Origin: an uncultured Bacilli bacterium
Lineage (GTDB): Bacteria; Bacillota_I; Bacilli_A; RF39; UBA660
Direction: 5' to 3'
Length of the DNA stretch: 64,000 bases
NCBI GenBank assembly: GCA_949425635.1
Contig: CASPWD010000010.1
Span: 6,194 to 70,193 of the forward strand
Translations under genes and position numbers: made by a program
Shown here: piece by piece, positions 29,201-38,242 of the stretch
Numbering within the stretch: the first letter of the stretch is position 1
Layout: every line of letters starts with the position of its first letter
The notes under the pieces: model-generated
What the model was told of the DNA's origin: nothing
The model's input: the letters and a program-made list of their open reading frames with translations, nothing else
Databases searched by the model: none

Positions 29201-29346
29201 TCGGAATCCAAATCTACTTGTAAATCAAAAATATTTTCTAATTTTTCCATTTTTGTAAACTGTAATAAGATAAATGTTGTTAAAGCAACTAAGACAAGAC
29301 AAATAGCTAATACAGATTTATTTGTTTTTCTTTTATGTTTTTTCAA
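26266..29346 (-). CDS. Large adhesin: Flg_new repeats, DUF11-like and SpaA-like modules, two Cna-B-type modules
   Basis: N-terminal TM. Flg_new modules EGYTFSGWKI, KGYTFLGWET, NGYHFQGWYK. DUF11-like KKGDIVEYNIIVTNSENYEIKNVIVKEH. Cna-B-like QKVWIGDSEAERPASVSVQLY and VKVLWDDKGNESKRPAIFTIVLL. No C-terminal LPXTG. Confidence 0.7.
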   Translation of the reverse strand: MKKHKRKTNKSVLAICLVLVALTTFILLQFTKMEKLENIFDLQVDLDSELAYTLSVSYDGVDRNSDKSSELLNTDGKPKIIKVESGYIYVEDILPDGLEFQKFNFVGDDDQVLGATKRDSSVAGKCNGYVVNDSGSSTDPKNNHGLHYDEETRKITFKIKNLTAGCKLDVGIITKTPKTIEGYKKDFYNTATAWEGTQMAKSNMTHAWIQTKKTSVNKVRYRLVNNPVDGTIVPPNVSAPDTQEYAPNSVVNVAFEPKVEGYTFSGWKIVDPLSLQITNGKFTMPSFENESDEVVLEGYFTELPKYEVAYRIDGDDKPSGYVLPLTSSYYANETVKVDSMNAGDVFKGYTFLGWETTDVNISSDKDFIMPSKNVEIVGRWEKIKYKVTYAFQDGVRPPNYREILNELNNKDNTYAPGEKVKLPIVEDIPATEYSNGYHFQGWYKEDNFVMPEENVIVYGEWKIVRKIFAPSISKEIINKKDYYKKGDIVEYNIIVTNSENYEIKNVIVKEHNVNAQFINNNDTYNIRSTHVVEIPSIPAKGSVIVKATYEVAENDIGTIVNMVEILGATADNNDLDTSEEAKEKYKATASFDIWPELKISKKVLNEDSTDKVFQFHITSDNGYDSWLNLTNNEEQVLYLEPDDTYYIKEVVPQEYTLESVTGDISDNGEGIEVKLGEKYSVEFTNKHHRKGYYHSDGRVSNEVKDVTNGRPDNPGGGPSYTSLTIQKVWIGDSEAERPASVSVQLYRDDEPYGSPITLNNDNKWSYTWKNLNNRNTWVVGEIDVPDGYTSSITQSGTTVTITNTYGEDIPDPDEPSAETVRIYFKVINGYFFFGENVYPSDYQESYEISIDIPLYDEEGNLNKSGKAYLTEDRIPKVAPLIGYNFKKEWDTITPVPGLEVHDGDIFVIEFLPGECLPSTGDSCEQTQNDKINVKVLWDDKGNESKRPAIFTIVLLKNEEIYDTVDLSAENKWSYNWEGLDTDYSWTITPLNYTNYNCSVIKTDNNTIILVMTYITNSDPIPPPPNE

Positions 29347-29380
29347 TTACAGTTCACCTCCTTAAATATTTATATAACTA

Positions 29381-32074
29381 TTAACTAATTCTATATGGAT
29401 TGATTTGACTACCGTCACCACTTGATGCAACTATACCTGGTTTTAGCGATATAACTGGACGAACTCCATTTTTACTAGTGTCTGTTGTGTTTATCGAAGG
29501 ATAGCTGAAATGTGGACCATTGTAATCTGTTTTTACATTAATGTAATGCACATCTTCACTCGTAAAGTGAGAAGGTGACATAAGCCAAAACATATTTTCA
29601 TATCCTAAATATGACTCAGTAGAGTTATATTTATAAGCTCCCGCTAGCCATGCCTCATCTATAGTTAATAGACCAACTTTATATTTTGACTTACCATTTC
29701 CATTTTCACTGCTTACAGTAAACCTATCATTTGGATTTTCACATATTAAAGAAGGTCTTTTTGTTGTAATATCGGACCAACCTTTATAATAAGGACTAAA
29801 ACGTAAATATCTTGATGAATAGTTTGCACCTCTTAAATCAGCTGTAGTAGTTCCACCATTTGGATTCCATCCACCTAAATCAAAGATAGCTCTATCATTA
29901 CACCATACCGTATCTTCTAGGTAGTCATCATAACTAAGCATTCCATCTGGACCAGCAAACCATGTATTTTCTATATAATCTTTTATTGTTGAGTCAGTCT
30001 TGTTTTCAAACATTTCTTCTAGAGCCTTTTCTATTGTTTTTCCATCTTTTAGCTCTATATAGTGATAACTTCCAACAGTATCGTAAACATAATTAACTAT
30101 TGTACAAGTATTAGAACTAGAAAAGCATGTATAGTGTGTATATGATTTATCGTCTGATGAAGAAAGTTCTCGGGCATCATTCAATGTATATTTGCCATTA
30201 GAATACGTCACAGATGTTCCGTATAAGAACTTTTCACTTGAATTTATTTCTTTTGTTTTGAATTCATATCTTGTACCATACATATAACCAACATCTGCTG
30301 GAGAATTGTAGTTATTATTATATACTGAAGATAGTTCATTAGAATAACCATAGCATGTACCATCATCAAACGGAAGACCATTATATATTAATTTTGTTCC
30401 ACCTGTTTCAGTAGTTCTCACTATCTGCCAACATTTATTTGCAAATAAGACATTATTGTTATCAACAGCACCACGATAATAGAATATTGGCTCTCCTTGA
30501 TATGTTTCTGTTTTTTCTTCCGTTCCAGCCATTATATATAAACCTTTTCCATTTGTAGCAGATGCTCCAGAATTAAATTTAATTCCAGCTGAATTATCTA
30601 CATAATCACTTGCTTCATTATCCAGATATCCTCTTTCGCCATTAAATGGCATTACATCTGCAGGTGTATATTCTTCAGCTGTCATTGTTTTAGAAATTGA
30701 AACTTGAGTCCAAATTGCTTTGATTGTTACGTTATGACTAGGCATTATAAAAGTGTCATCTGTTACTTTAGTTATTCCAGTAGCTGATTCGTCTGATATT
30801 TCCCATCCTTTAAATAAATAACCAGAACACTTATTGCTTAAATCATAATCTTTCATTGTTACTGTATCAAAAACAAGATAATTTTCACTATTAGGATTTG
30901 TGATACTACAACCATTTGGAGTGTTAGTATCATAGATTACTTTATATGCACCTTTTAATTTTGGTGTTTTAGGTGACTCAACTGGATCTTTTTCTGGTTC
31001 ATCAGGTAGTTTTGTAGTTACATCTTCTTTTCTATTTGTTGGGAAAAGTGATGTATCAGTTATTTCGACACCATCTTTTAACTTAAGATCTATCGTCATA
31101 GTCGCACTAGCTCCTGTACGATAGTTAATTCCTAAGTCCCATGTAACTTTTTCCATTCCATCTTCAATACTAAGACTTGCGCTACCAATTGAAACGTTGA
31201 CATTTTCAATTGTTCCAAGTTCGAAATATCTTTCATCTATAAAATCATTAATAACAAATTTATCGTAGCTTTGAGTTAATACTACTGCATCAAATAGGAC
31301 ATTACCTAAATTGTCAACATATGCTGAATATTGGTTATCACTTATTTCTTTTAATTCATTTATTATGTCACTACCCATTTCGTATTGAATAGCATTGATA
31401 GTTAAATAAGGATAATTATCCTTTAAGACGGCATGTTCTACAACTTGATATGGTGTTTCTTCACAAGGATAACCATCTGATAAGAATAGTGCTAATAAAT
31501 CCGTATTATCTCTAGGACTATAATTTTCTAGAATGGTTCCAGTTTTTCTTAAAGCATCCGCGTAATTAGTTGTTCCGTTAGCACCTAATTGATTAATTTT
31601 GCTAGCGACTTCTATGAAATCATCCGTAAATTCAGACAAAATTGTAGCATTTGTATCAAAAGAAATTAAGGCAACTCTGTTTTGTTTGTTTGATAAAATA
31701 TTGTAAGCAAGTTCTTTCGCATCTGACTTTACTTTTTCAATTTTATCGCCTACCATACTACCAGAAACATCTAATATTAAAATAACATCTTTATTGGCAT
31801 TCACTTCTTTTTCTATTGTACTTACATCAAACTGAACTCTAGCTGTTCTCTCTCCTGTCCAATCGGCACTTTTGTCGATGTGCCAACTACCAGGTTCTTG
31901 GTTTTTCCAACCACTTGATTCAAAATCAACTTGTTTAATTTCTTCGTCAATATTGGCACTAAATGTAAAAGTTAATAGTACACAAAATATAATCGTGATT
32001 ATTCCTAAAATTATTTTGTTTCTTCTTGGCTTTAAAAGACACTCAAAAAAGTTATAAACTTTGTTATTTCTCAT
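29381..32074 (-). CDS. vWA-domain surface protein (897 aa)
   Basis: N-terminal TM ILGIITIIFCVLLTFTFSAN. MIDAS DVILILDVSGSM...TNYADAL...LSDG. One Flg_new repeat (SGYLFKGWEI). C-terminal FWLMSP...GVRPVISLKPG domain. Confidence 0.8.
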   Translation of the reverse strand: MRNNKVYNFFECLLKPRRNKIILGIITIIFCVLLTFTFSANIDEEIKQVDFESSGWKNQEPGSWHIDKSADWTGERTARVQFDVSTIEKEVNANKDVILILDVSGSMVGDKIEKVKSDAKELAYNILSNKQNRVALISFDTNATILSEFTDDFIEVASKINQLGANGTTNYADALRKTGTILENYSPRDNTDLLALFLSDGYPCEETPYQVVEHAVLKDNYPYLTINAIQYEMGSDIINELKEISDNQYSAYVDNLGNVLFDAVVLTQSYDKFVINDFIDERYFELGTIENVNVSIGSASLSIEDGMEKVTWDLGINYRTGASATMTIDLKLKDGVEITDTSLFPTNRKEDVTTKLPDEPEKDPVESPKTPKLKGAYKVIYDTNTPNGCSITNPNSENYLVFDTVTMKDYDLSNKCSGYLFKGWEISDESATGITKVTDDTFIMPSHNVTIKAIWTQVSISKTMTAEEYTPADVMPFNGERGYLDNEASDYVDNSAGIKFNSGASATNGKGLYIMAGTEEKTETYQGEPIFYYRGAVDNNNVLFANKCWQIVRTTETGGTKLIYNGLPFDDGTCYGYSNELSSVYNNNYNSPADVGYMYGTRYEFKTKEINSSEKFLYGTSVTYSNGKYTLNDARELSSSDDKSYTHYTCFSSSNTCTIVNYVYDTVGSYHYIELKDGKTIEKALEEMFENKTDSTIKDYIENTWFAGPDGMLSYDDYLEDTVWCNDRAIFDLGGWNPNGGTTTADLRGANYSSRYLRFSPYYKGWSDITTKRPSLICENPNDRFTVSSENGNGKSKYKVGLLTIDEAWLAGAYKYNSTESYLGYENMFWLMSPSHFTSEDVHYINVKTDYNGPHFSYPSINTTDTSKNGVRPVISLKPGIVASSGDGSQINPYRIS

Positions 32075-32124
32075 ACTACCACTACCCTATTTTATTTTCT
32101 GCATTATGCGAAACTCTATTTTAT

Positions 32125-32187
<63 letters not shown>

Positions 32188-32214
32188 TTTTTATTAATTT
32201 TATATAAAAATATT

Positions 32215-32247
32215 TAAAAAAACGACAAATATTTTTGTCGTTTTTTA
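32215..32247 (-). terminator. Rho-independent terminator after the 282-aa membrane protein gene
   Basis: Stem acgacaaa/tttgtcgt flanked by A and T runs, 4 nt after the stop. Confidence 0.7.
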
Positions 32248-32250
32248 CAC

Positions 32251-33099
32251 TTAAATTATCATAGTAATTAGTTCTATTATAATACCTACTATTATTCCGA
32301 TAATATATACTAAAGTTAAAATACTTAGGTTTTCTTTAATACTTTTATTTGATTTAAATAATACTAGAATAGCTACTCCACTACCAGTAAGTAATCCTGA
32401 TATCATAGCTCCAAAATTTAAAGCACCATTTAAATATAATTCTGTAATCATAATACTTGAACCACATGTTGGAATAAGACCAATTAAACTTGTAATAAAT
32501 GGTGATAATAAGCTATCTTTCAAAAATAAGTTAGATAAATAATGTTCACCTAAATATTCAAAAGCTATATTTAAAATAAAAATAACTATAATTAAATATA
32601 CTAAAGTCTTTAATGTATGAATTATGCTTGATTTAATAAGACTACGTTCGTGATCACAACCGCAATGTTCATCATCACAGATATCATATATTGCTTGATT
32701 TTGTTGCTTTTTACGATATATAAAGTCAATTATATAACCAGCCATTAAACCTACTATAAATTTAATTGCCAATGTACTTATAATCAGTTTCAAAGGTGCT
32801 TGTTCTGATAATAGAATTGGTAGCATTTCATCACTAGTAGATAAATATATAGCAATTAAAGTTCCCAGTGAAATTATTCTAGTTATATATAGATTAGTAG
32901 CGACTACACCAAAACCACATTGAGGAATTAAGCCAAGTCCACTTCCTAATAAAGGTCCTAATTTTCCAGACTTACTAACTATTGAGGCTGTTTTATCTTG
33001 AAATTTATGTTCTATAAGTTCAATAATTAGGAATGCAACAAATAAGAATGGAATAAGTTTTATACTATCTAATAATGTATCAATTATAATGTCTACCAT
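32251..33099 (-). CDS. Polytopic membrane protein, putative 10-TM heavy-metal exporter family (ArsP_2/DUF2899-like)
   Basis: GLIPQCGFGVVATNLY...LSTSDEMLPILL, plus a second half with LIPTCGSS. A Cys/His-rich loop ICDDEHCGCDHE sits between them. Family name recalled from memory, not searched. Confidence 0.45.
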   Translation of the reverse strand: MVDIIIDTLLDSIKLIPFLFVAFLIIELIEHKFQDKTASIVSKSGKLGPLLGSGLGLIPQCGFGVVATNLYITRIISLGTLIAIYLSTSDEMLPILLSEQAPLKLIISTLAIKFIVGLMAGYIIDFIYRKKQQNQAIYDICDDEHCGCDHERSLIKSSIIHTLKTLVYLIIVIFILNIAFEYLGEHYLSNLFLKDSLLSPFITSLIGLIPTCGSSIMITELYLNGALNFGAMISGLLTGSGVAILVLFKSNKSIKENLSILTLVYIIGIIVGIIIELITMII

Positions 33100-33169
33100 A
33101 TTGTGCCTCCTTTAACTAGAGTTAATTTTATATTATCAAGAAATAATAGTCAATCAATTTTTAAATATA

Positions 33170-33808
33170 TTATTTTCTATTCCAGCGATTATTAAACATA
33201 TTATTTAAATATTCAACGCCAAAGTATTTATCTAAAACTTCTTCTACTTTATTATTTGGTGGTAATCCTTCTTCATATGCTTTACCACGAGCTATTGCTC
33301 CAAATGTTAAAAGAGTATCAAAAGCCAAGAAGATAAGAGTTATTTTCATAAACTTTATACTCTCTTTTTTATCTAGTCTATCGATTAATTTCTTTACTTT
33401 AGGATAGATTATTTTAATCCATAGTATACCTAGAAAGCCCCAAAATAAAGAGTATGGTAAACAAACTCGTCCGTTTATATTAAATGGTTTCATAGAATAA
33501 TTCCAAGCAACAAATCCTAATGTGTGTTCCATAATAAAACTAACTATATATTCTAAGATTGTTCCTGTAAAGAAGGACAAAACAAAAATTTCAAAGTTGC
33601 GCTTTTGTTTAACTCTAAATAAAACAAGGGTTAGGACTACTGCTCCTATACCATATATAATATTAAATGGACCAATTACTAATGCTGAATGATTAAGAAA
33701 TAAACCTTTTTTTAATAAAGTCCAAATTCCTTCGACAATCCAACCCATAAAACATCCAAATAAAAATGTGTAAAACATATCATGAAAAGATATTTTTTCT
33801 TTTATCAC
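33170..33808 (-). CDS. Membrane protein, putative ABC-transporter type IV (CmpB/DUF1113-like)
   Basis: FLFGCFMGWIVEGIWTLLKKG and about 6 TM segments. Motif recognition only. Confidence 0.4.
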   Translation of the reverse strand: MIKEKISFHDMFYTFLFGCFMGWIVEGIWTLLKKGLFLNHSALVIGPFNIIYGIGAVVLTLVLFRVKQKRNFEIFVLSFFTGTILEYIVSFIMEHTLGFVAWNYSMKPFNINGRVCLPYSLFWGFLGILWIKIIYPKVKKLIDRLDKKESIKFMKITLIFLAFDTLLTFGAIARGKAYEEGLPPNNKVEEVLDKYFGVEYLNNMFNNRWNRK

Positions 33809-33902
33809 ACAAATCCCCTACCTAATTTGAATTATAGCATTTTGTTGTTTAGAAGACAAATTTTGCTTCGTTTTACTATAACTATTTATTATATGCGTAT
33901 AA

Positions 33903-34835
33903 CTATAGATTAGATGTGTTTTCACTATAATTTATTGCTATATTAGCTAATTTTATGGCATCTTCTAGGGTTTCAGTACTAGCTAAGAATCCTGTTGCGT
34001 GCATAAAGAAGGCTGTTTTAACGCCGCTAAGTTGAGCCAATTCTTTATCATGTTTCCCTAAAAATTCTTTTGGCCAATTGACTATCAAATCTTTATTATC
34101 TTTAGAGATAGTTAAAGGTTTAATGTTATATCCTCCTCTATTGGAAGGAAGTATCACTACCTTAATATTCTTAACTTTTTCTAATTTCGAATTAAAAATA
34201 GCTTCAGTATATGGCATATATTCATCTAGTATTAAGATATTTCCCTCAACATTTTCTAGTTTCTTTTCAACACATTTTATTGCTGTTATAGTACTATTTT
34301 CTTTTTTTAATAAATTATCAAAGATAATTTCAGCAAAAGATACAGCTTTTAGGAAGTTTTCATTATTATCCGTTTTCTCTTTCCACGTGTTATTAAAGCT
34401 ATCAATTATTTTATCTAAATCAAGAATTGAGTATGGACTTTCTATTTTATAAAATAAGCCATTGTCTATACCATCAATCTGTTTTACTAACTTATCTTCG
34501 ATTGCTTTATATAACATTTCTTTATCTTCAGTTTCTATCTTATCTAAATATTGACGACCATATTCTTCCCACAGAAGCCCGAAAGAACAATATTTTATAT
34601 TAGAATTTTCACGATACCTTGCATCTGCTCCATGATGATCAAATTTACCAAAACCAATATCATAAATTATAGCATCTTTGATTTCAGGAATATTTCTAAC
34701 AGAAGCACGATAAACTACTGGATTTTCAATGAATTTAGATAAAAACATTGTTGAAAAGACATCATCTGGATGAAATTTAGCATCATGTGTTATTAAAGTT
34801 GCTTCATTGGGATTATTTGTTATTTTTACGTTCAT
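33903..34835 (-). CDS. MYG1-family (UPF0160) metal-dependent hydrolase
   Basis: ITHDAKFHPDDVFSTMFL and FDHHGADARY motifs. About 310 aa, typical for the family. Confidence 0.7.
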   Translation of the reverse strand: MNVKITNNPNEATLITHDAKFHPDDVFSTMFLSKFIENPVVYRASVRNIPEIKDAIIYDIGFGKFDHHGADARYRENSNIKYCSFGLLWEEYGRQYLDKIETEDKEMLYKAIEDKLVKQIDGIDNGLFYKIESPYSILDLDKIIDSFNNTWKEKTDNNENFLKAVSFAEIIFDNLLKKENSTITAIKCVEKKLENVEGNILILDEYMPYTEAIFNSKLEKVKNIKVVILPSNRGGYNIKPLTISKDNKDLIVNWPKEFLGKHDKELAQLSGVKTAFFMHATGFLASTETLEDAIKLANIAINYSENTSNL

Positions 34836-36063
34836 TTTTTTTCTTTCCTTTCTTAGTCATATATCTTGCAAATTTGGTATATTCATTAAATAATATCGGA
34901 AGAAAACCAAATAAAATACAAGATAAGTAATTATGTAACTCAATATTACGAGTATTGAAATAACTATTAAAGTTTATAAATATAGTAAATGATATACACA
35001 TTATAATATATAATATAACTTTTTTACTTTTAAAAATTTTAAGAATATTTTTTAAGATGTTTTCTTCACTTAAATACGAAATTGTCATAAAGATATTTTC
35101 GTAAATAAAAACTATAAAGAATAAAGTATTGGCAAATTCTTTTGTTCCTCCATAAGCTAATACTAACATATAAGGAACACATAATGTAAATGTATTAAAG
35201 AAACTTTGGATAAGTATAAACATGATATCTTGTTTATTAAATGTTGCTCCTCGTTCAATTGGTTTTCTTTCCATGATGTCAACATCAAATTGAATATCCT
35301 TATATAGTAAGCGACTTACAATAATAGTAAACATTTTTAAAATTATAATTAGGATTAAACTATAAATAGGTGGAAATTTTAAAATACAAAGAATAAAGTA
35401 ACTAATAAGTATTGGTAAGTAAGTATTTGTAAGATATTTAATGGTTCTTAAGTAGTTATCATATTTGCCACGACTATTTTTAATTTCTTGATAGAGAGAT
35501 TCTAAGTCTTTAAATTCGAAACATGTTGTTTCTTTACTTAATAGTTTATTTAATAATTTTAAATTATCTGTCTTAATTATGATATTTTTATTTAATTGTT
35601 TGGAATATTTTCTTGTTTCCTCCTCTTTAAAAGATGGTAGCTTTAAGTCAGTATTTTCTTCTGTTAAAATTATTGTATTCATACCTGCAATTTTAAATTT
35701 ATTAATCATTTTCTTATCTATAATATTAGTGACAATAGTTTTAGTATATATAAGTTTTTCGCTATTTTTTTGAGGTAAAGAGTACAAATCTGTAAAGGTA
35801 ATTGGTAATGCTATTATAGCAATGCTCAAAGCATTTATAATATATTCAAGTGTTTTAGAAGTATTATTACCATCAAAAGTTATATTTATAATTAAAGCAA
35901 TGAAAAAAAGTACTAAACTAATAATAAATAAGATAATTGAAGTTAGTTTGTTTTTCTTAGATAAAGAGGTACTAGCTCTGTTATGTTTGTGTTCAAATAT
36001 TTTATATATGGCAATTATTATGAATAAAATAATTGAAATAATTAAGTCGATATTTGTAGTCAT
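34813..36063 (-). CDS. P-type-ATPase-derived membrane protein lacking the catalytic A/P/N domains
   Basis: The TM4-like segment ALSIAIIALPITF has lost PEGLP. SRGKYDNYLRTIKYL parallels EGRTAYSNIRKITLF of the neighbouring ATPase, and DVDIMERKPIERGATFNKQ parallels EDNIMEKPRD. No DKTGT or TGDGVND. Confidence 0.55.
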   Translation of the reverse strand: MTTNIDLIISIILFIIIAIYKIFEHKHNRASTSLSKKNKLTSIILFIISLVLFFIALIINITFDGNNTSKTLEYIINALSIAIIALPITFTDLYSLPQKNSEKLIYTKTIVTNIIDKKMINKFKIAGMNTIILTEENTDLKLPSFKEEETRKYSKQLNKNIIIKTDNLKLLNKLLSKETTCFEFKDLESLYQEIKNSRGKYDNYLRTIKYLTNTYLPILISYFILCILKFPPIYSLILIIILKMFTIIVSRLLYKDIQFDVDIMERKPIERGATFNKQDIMFILIQSFFNTFTLCVPYMLVLAYGGTKEFANTLFFIVFIYENIFMTISYLSEENILKNILKIFKSKKVILYIIMCISFTIFINFNSYFNTRNIELHNYLSCILFGFLPILFNEYTKFARYMTKKGKKKNERKNNK

Positions 36064-36126
36064 TTTAACACCTCTAGATTTTATTATATCATGTATTTAA
36101 ATATTTACATAAATTAAAAAGTGCTT

Positions 36127-36639
36127 TTATAAAGCACTTATTTGTTGATATTTCTTTTTTAAAATGTAATCTTCACTATCTTCTTTAGATATCTCAGAAT
36201 AGCTAATCTTTTCTTCTGTAGAATCTGTTGAAGCATAGGTTGTTATTACTTCTATTTTGTTTTCTGAATCTTTGATTACTTCACTAGTTCTAATCATACG
36301 AGGTTCATCATTGACACATAATCTTGTGATGTCCATATATATACGAACATGTCCTTCTTCTTTGTCCTCAATTATATAAGCTTCAAATGTTCTGTTCTCA
36401 TTTACTCCATCACACAATGATAATGAACCATTAATATATATTAGATCTTTTTCTTTACGGGCGATAAATTCAACTAGTTCTAATTCTGTAACTTTAGAAC
36501 CTTTCATTGGATATGCTGTATCTCTTATTTCTTTACAATAACTTAAAAGATTTAAAATTCTAGATTGTTTCTTTTTACTTGAAATACCTATAAATTTATA
36601 GTATTGTTCAACAAGAATTTGCATATCCTTTTGTTTCAT
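36127..36639 (-). CDS. Hypothetical cytoplasmic protein
   Basis: Intact ORF 16 nt downstream of the CDP-alcohol phosphatidyltransferase gene. I recognised no motifs. Confidence 0.5.
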   Translation of the reverse strand: MKQKDMQILVEQYYKFIGISSKKKQSRILNLLSYCKEIRDTAYPMKGSKVTELELVEFIARKEKDLIYINGSLSLCDGVNENRTFEAYIIEDKEEGHVRIYMDITRLCVNDEPRMIRTSEVIKDSENKIEVITTYASTDSTEEKISYSEISKEDSEDYILKKKYQQISAL

Positions 36640-36655
36640 AATACCCATACTCCTT

Positions 36656-37534
36656 TTATTTATATAACAATTTTTTTATATCATCATTTTTATGTTCAAG
36701 GTAAAAGTCGGTATCGAATAAATCATGGAATATTTCTGATTTTGATTTTAATTCTTTTGCCTTCTTTATTTCTTCTTTTTGATGATTTAACTCTGCTCTT
36801 TGTTTGGCAATCTCATCTAAAGATGGTCTAGTAGATTCTGGAACTTCGTCTACTTTTGAATGCTCAACAGCTGATGAAGTAGCTAATTCTTTAGATTTTG
36901 TTTGTTCTTTAGCTTTTTTACTATAATCTTTAGCAACATATAAACTAGCTCCAATAGTTGGGATAGCTAAAATGGTAGATAATAGTGTTGGATTTAATTC
37001 TAATAATGTATTAAAAGAAGAAACATTTACATAATTTAAGATTTCTTTTACTGTTGGTGCTGCATGACAGAAAAAACCACCAACGATAGTTCCGGCTAGT
37101 AAAAATGTTTTGGCTTTACCAACTAGGCTTGAATGAACGTTATTTCCATCTTGAAGACTCTTATAGTTTATAGCAAATATTCCTAATTCAAGACCAATTA
37201 CAGCTAAAAAAATAGGATTAACTGTTGATAGTAATAATAAACATATAACACCGAAAGCTTTATCTGATAAAGCATCTAATAGACAGCCAAAAAATGATTC
37301 AACATGTAATCTTCTAGCTAGTTGACCATCAATAAAATCAGTTGCAAAAAAGCCAATAGTAGCTAAACCAGCTGCAAATGATCCACATAATGCATAAATT
37401 GGAATAATAGCTACCGCTCCTAAAGAACGAGCAAATGTTATTAAGTTTACTAATATTTTATTTCTTATATGATTTTTTCCATACTTTTTAGTTGTCTCTT
37501 CTTTTTCTATTTTAAAAAAGTTATTTTTCTTCAT
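36656..37534 (-). CDS. CDP-alcohol phosphatidyltransferase (PgsA-like) with about 90-aa charged C-terminal extension
   Basis: Motif DFIDGQLARRLHVESFFGCLLDALSDK fits D-x2-DG-x2-AR-x8-G-x3-D-x3-D. Start taken at MKKNNFF. Confidence 0.8.
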   Translation of the reverse strand: MKKNNFFKIEKEETTKKYGKNHIRNKILVNLITFARSLGAVAIIPIYALCGSFAAGLATIGFFATDFIDGQLARRLHVESFFGCLLDALSDKAFGVICLLLLSTVNPIFLAVIGLELGIFAINYKSLQDGNNVHSSLVGKAKTFLLAGTIVGGFFCHAAPTVKEILNYVNVSSFNTLLELNPTLLSTILAIPTIGASLYVAKDYSKKAKEQTKSKELATSSAVEHSKVDEVPESTRPSLDEIAKQRAELNHQKEEIKKAKELKSKSEIFHDLFDTDFYLEHKNDDIKKLLYK

Positions 37535-37666
37535 AATATATACCCCCAATTAAACGAAAATAATTATTGAAACTTATAATAACAACTAGCTTTTTCTTTG
37601 TCAACTTTAATGATATTTATTAATAATTATTTACATTTAATTTTATGAGGAAAGCGAGAAATTATA

Positions 37667-38239
37667 CTAAGACATCCTGGTATATTTTAAAACATATACC
37701 ATATATCCATTACTTATTTCTATTTTATTTATATCGTATAAATCTGTATATATGATAATTTCTGTATCTAGGTCTTCTATTTTTACATTATATAAATATT
37801 CTCTTGATTCTGTTTCACTTGTTAACTCTGGCTCAACATTATTTATTAAATTAAATATATTATTTAAATCTAAATATGTTGGATTTATTTTAAAACTACT
37901 ATTTATCGTTTCTTCAGTAAAGGTAATTGATTCTGCTCCAGTACAGGCTCCTGAATATTTAGTACCTTCTTTTGTTCCTTGGCATTTATATTCATACGTT
38001 TTGTCACTCATGCTATCAAGAATATTATATTCGAAATTATAATTATTATTTACTAAATTATCTTTTTGTTCTTCATAATCGAGGAATTCTTTTTTTATGG
38101 TCTCATTATTTGGTATGGAAGGTATATCTAAGTTGTCGTATTTTTTTAAAAAGAAATCATCTGGTAGAATAAACATTATTATAACTAGGATTACTGCAAT
38201 TATAATAAAGTAAATAGCTAAATAGTTTTTTTTCTTCAT
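37667..38239 (-). CDS. Membrane-anchored extracytoplasmic protein, unknown function
   Basis: N-terminal TM YLAIYFIIIAVILVIIMFIL. Ends 3 nt before... fmt lies immediately upstream. Confidence 0.55.
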   Translation of the reverse strand: MKKKNYLAIYFIIIAVILVIIMFILPDDFFLKKYDNLDIPSIPNNETIKKEFLDYEEQKDNLVNNNYNFEYNILDSMSDKTYEYKCQGTKEGTKYSGACTGAESITFTEETINSSFKINPTYLDLNNIFNLINNVEPELTSETESREYLYNVKIEDLDTEIIIYTDLYDINKIEISNGYMVYVLKYTRMS

Positions 38240-38242
38240 ATA

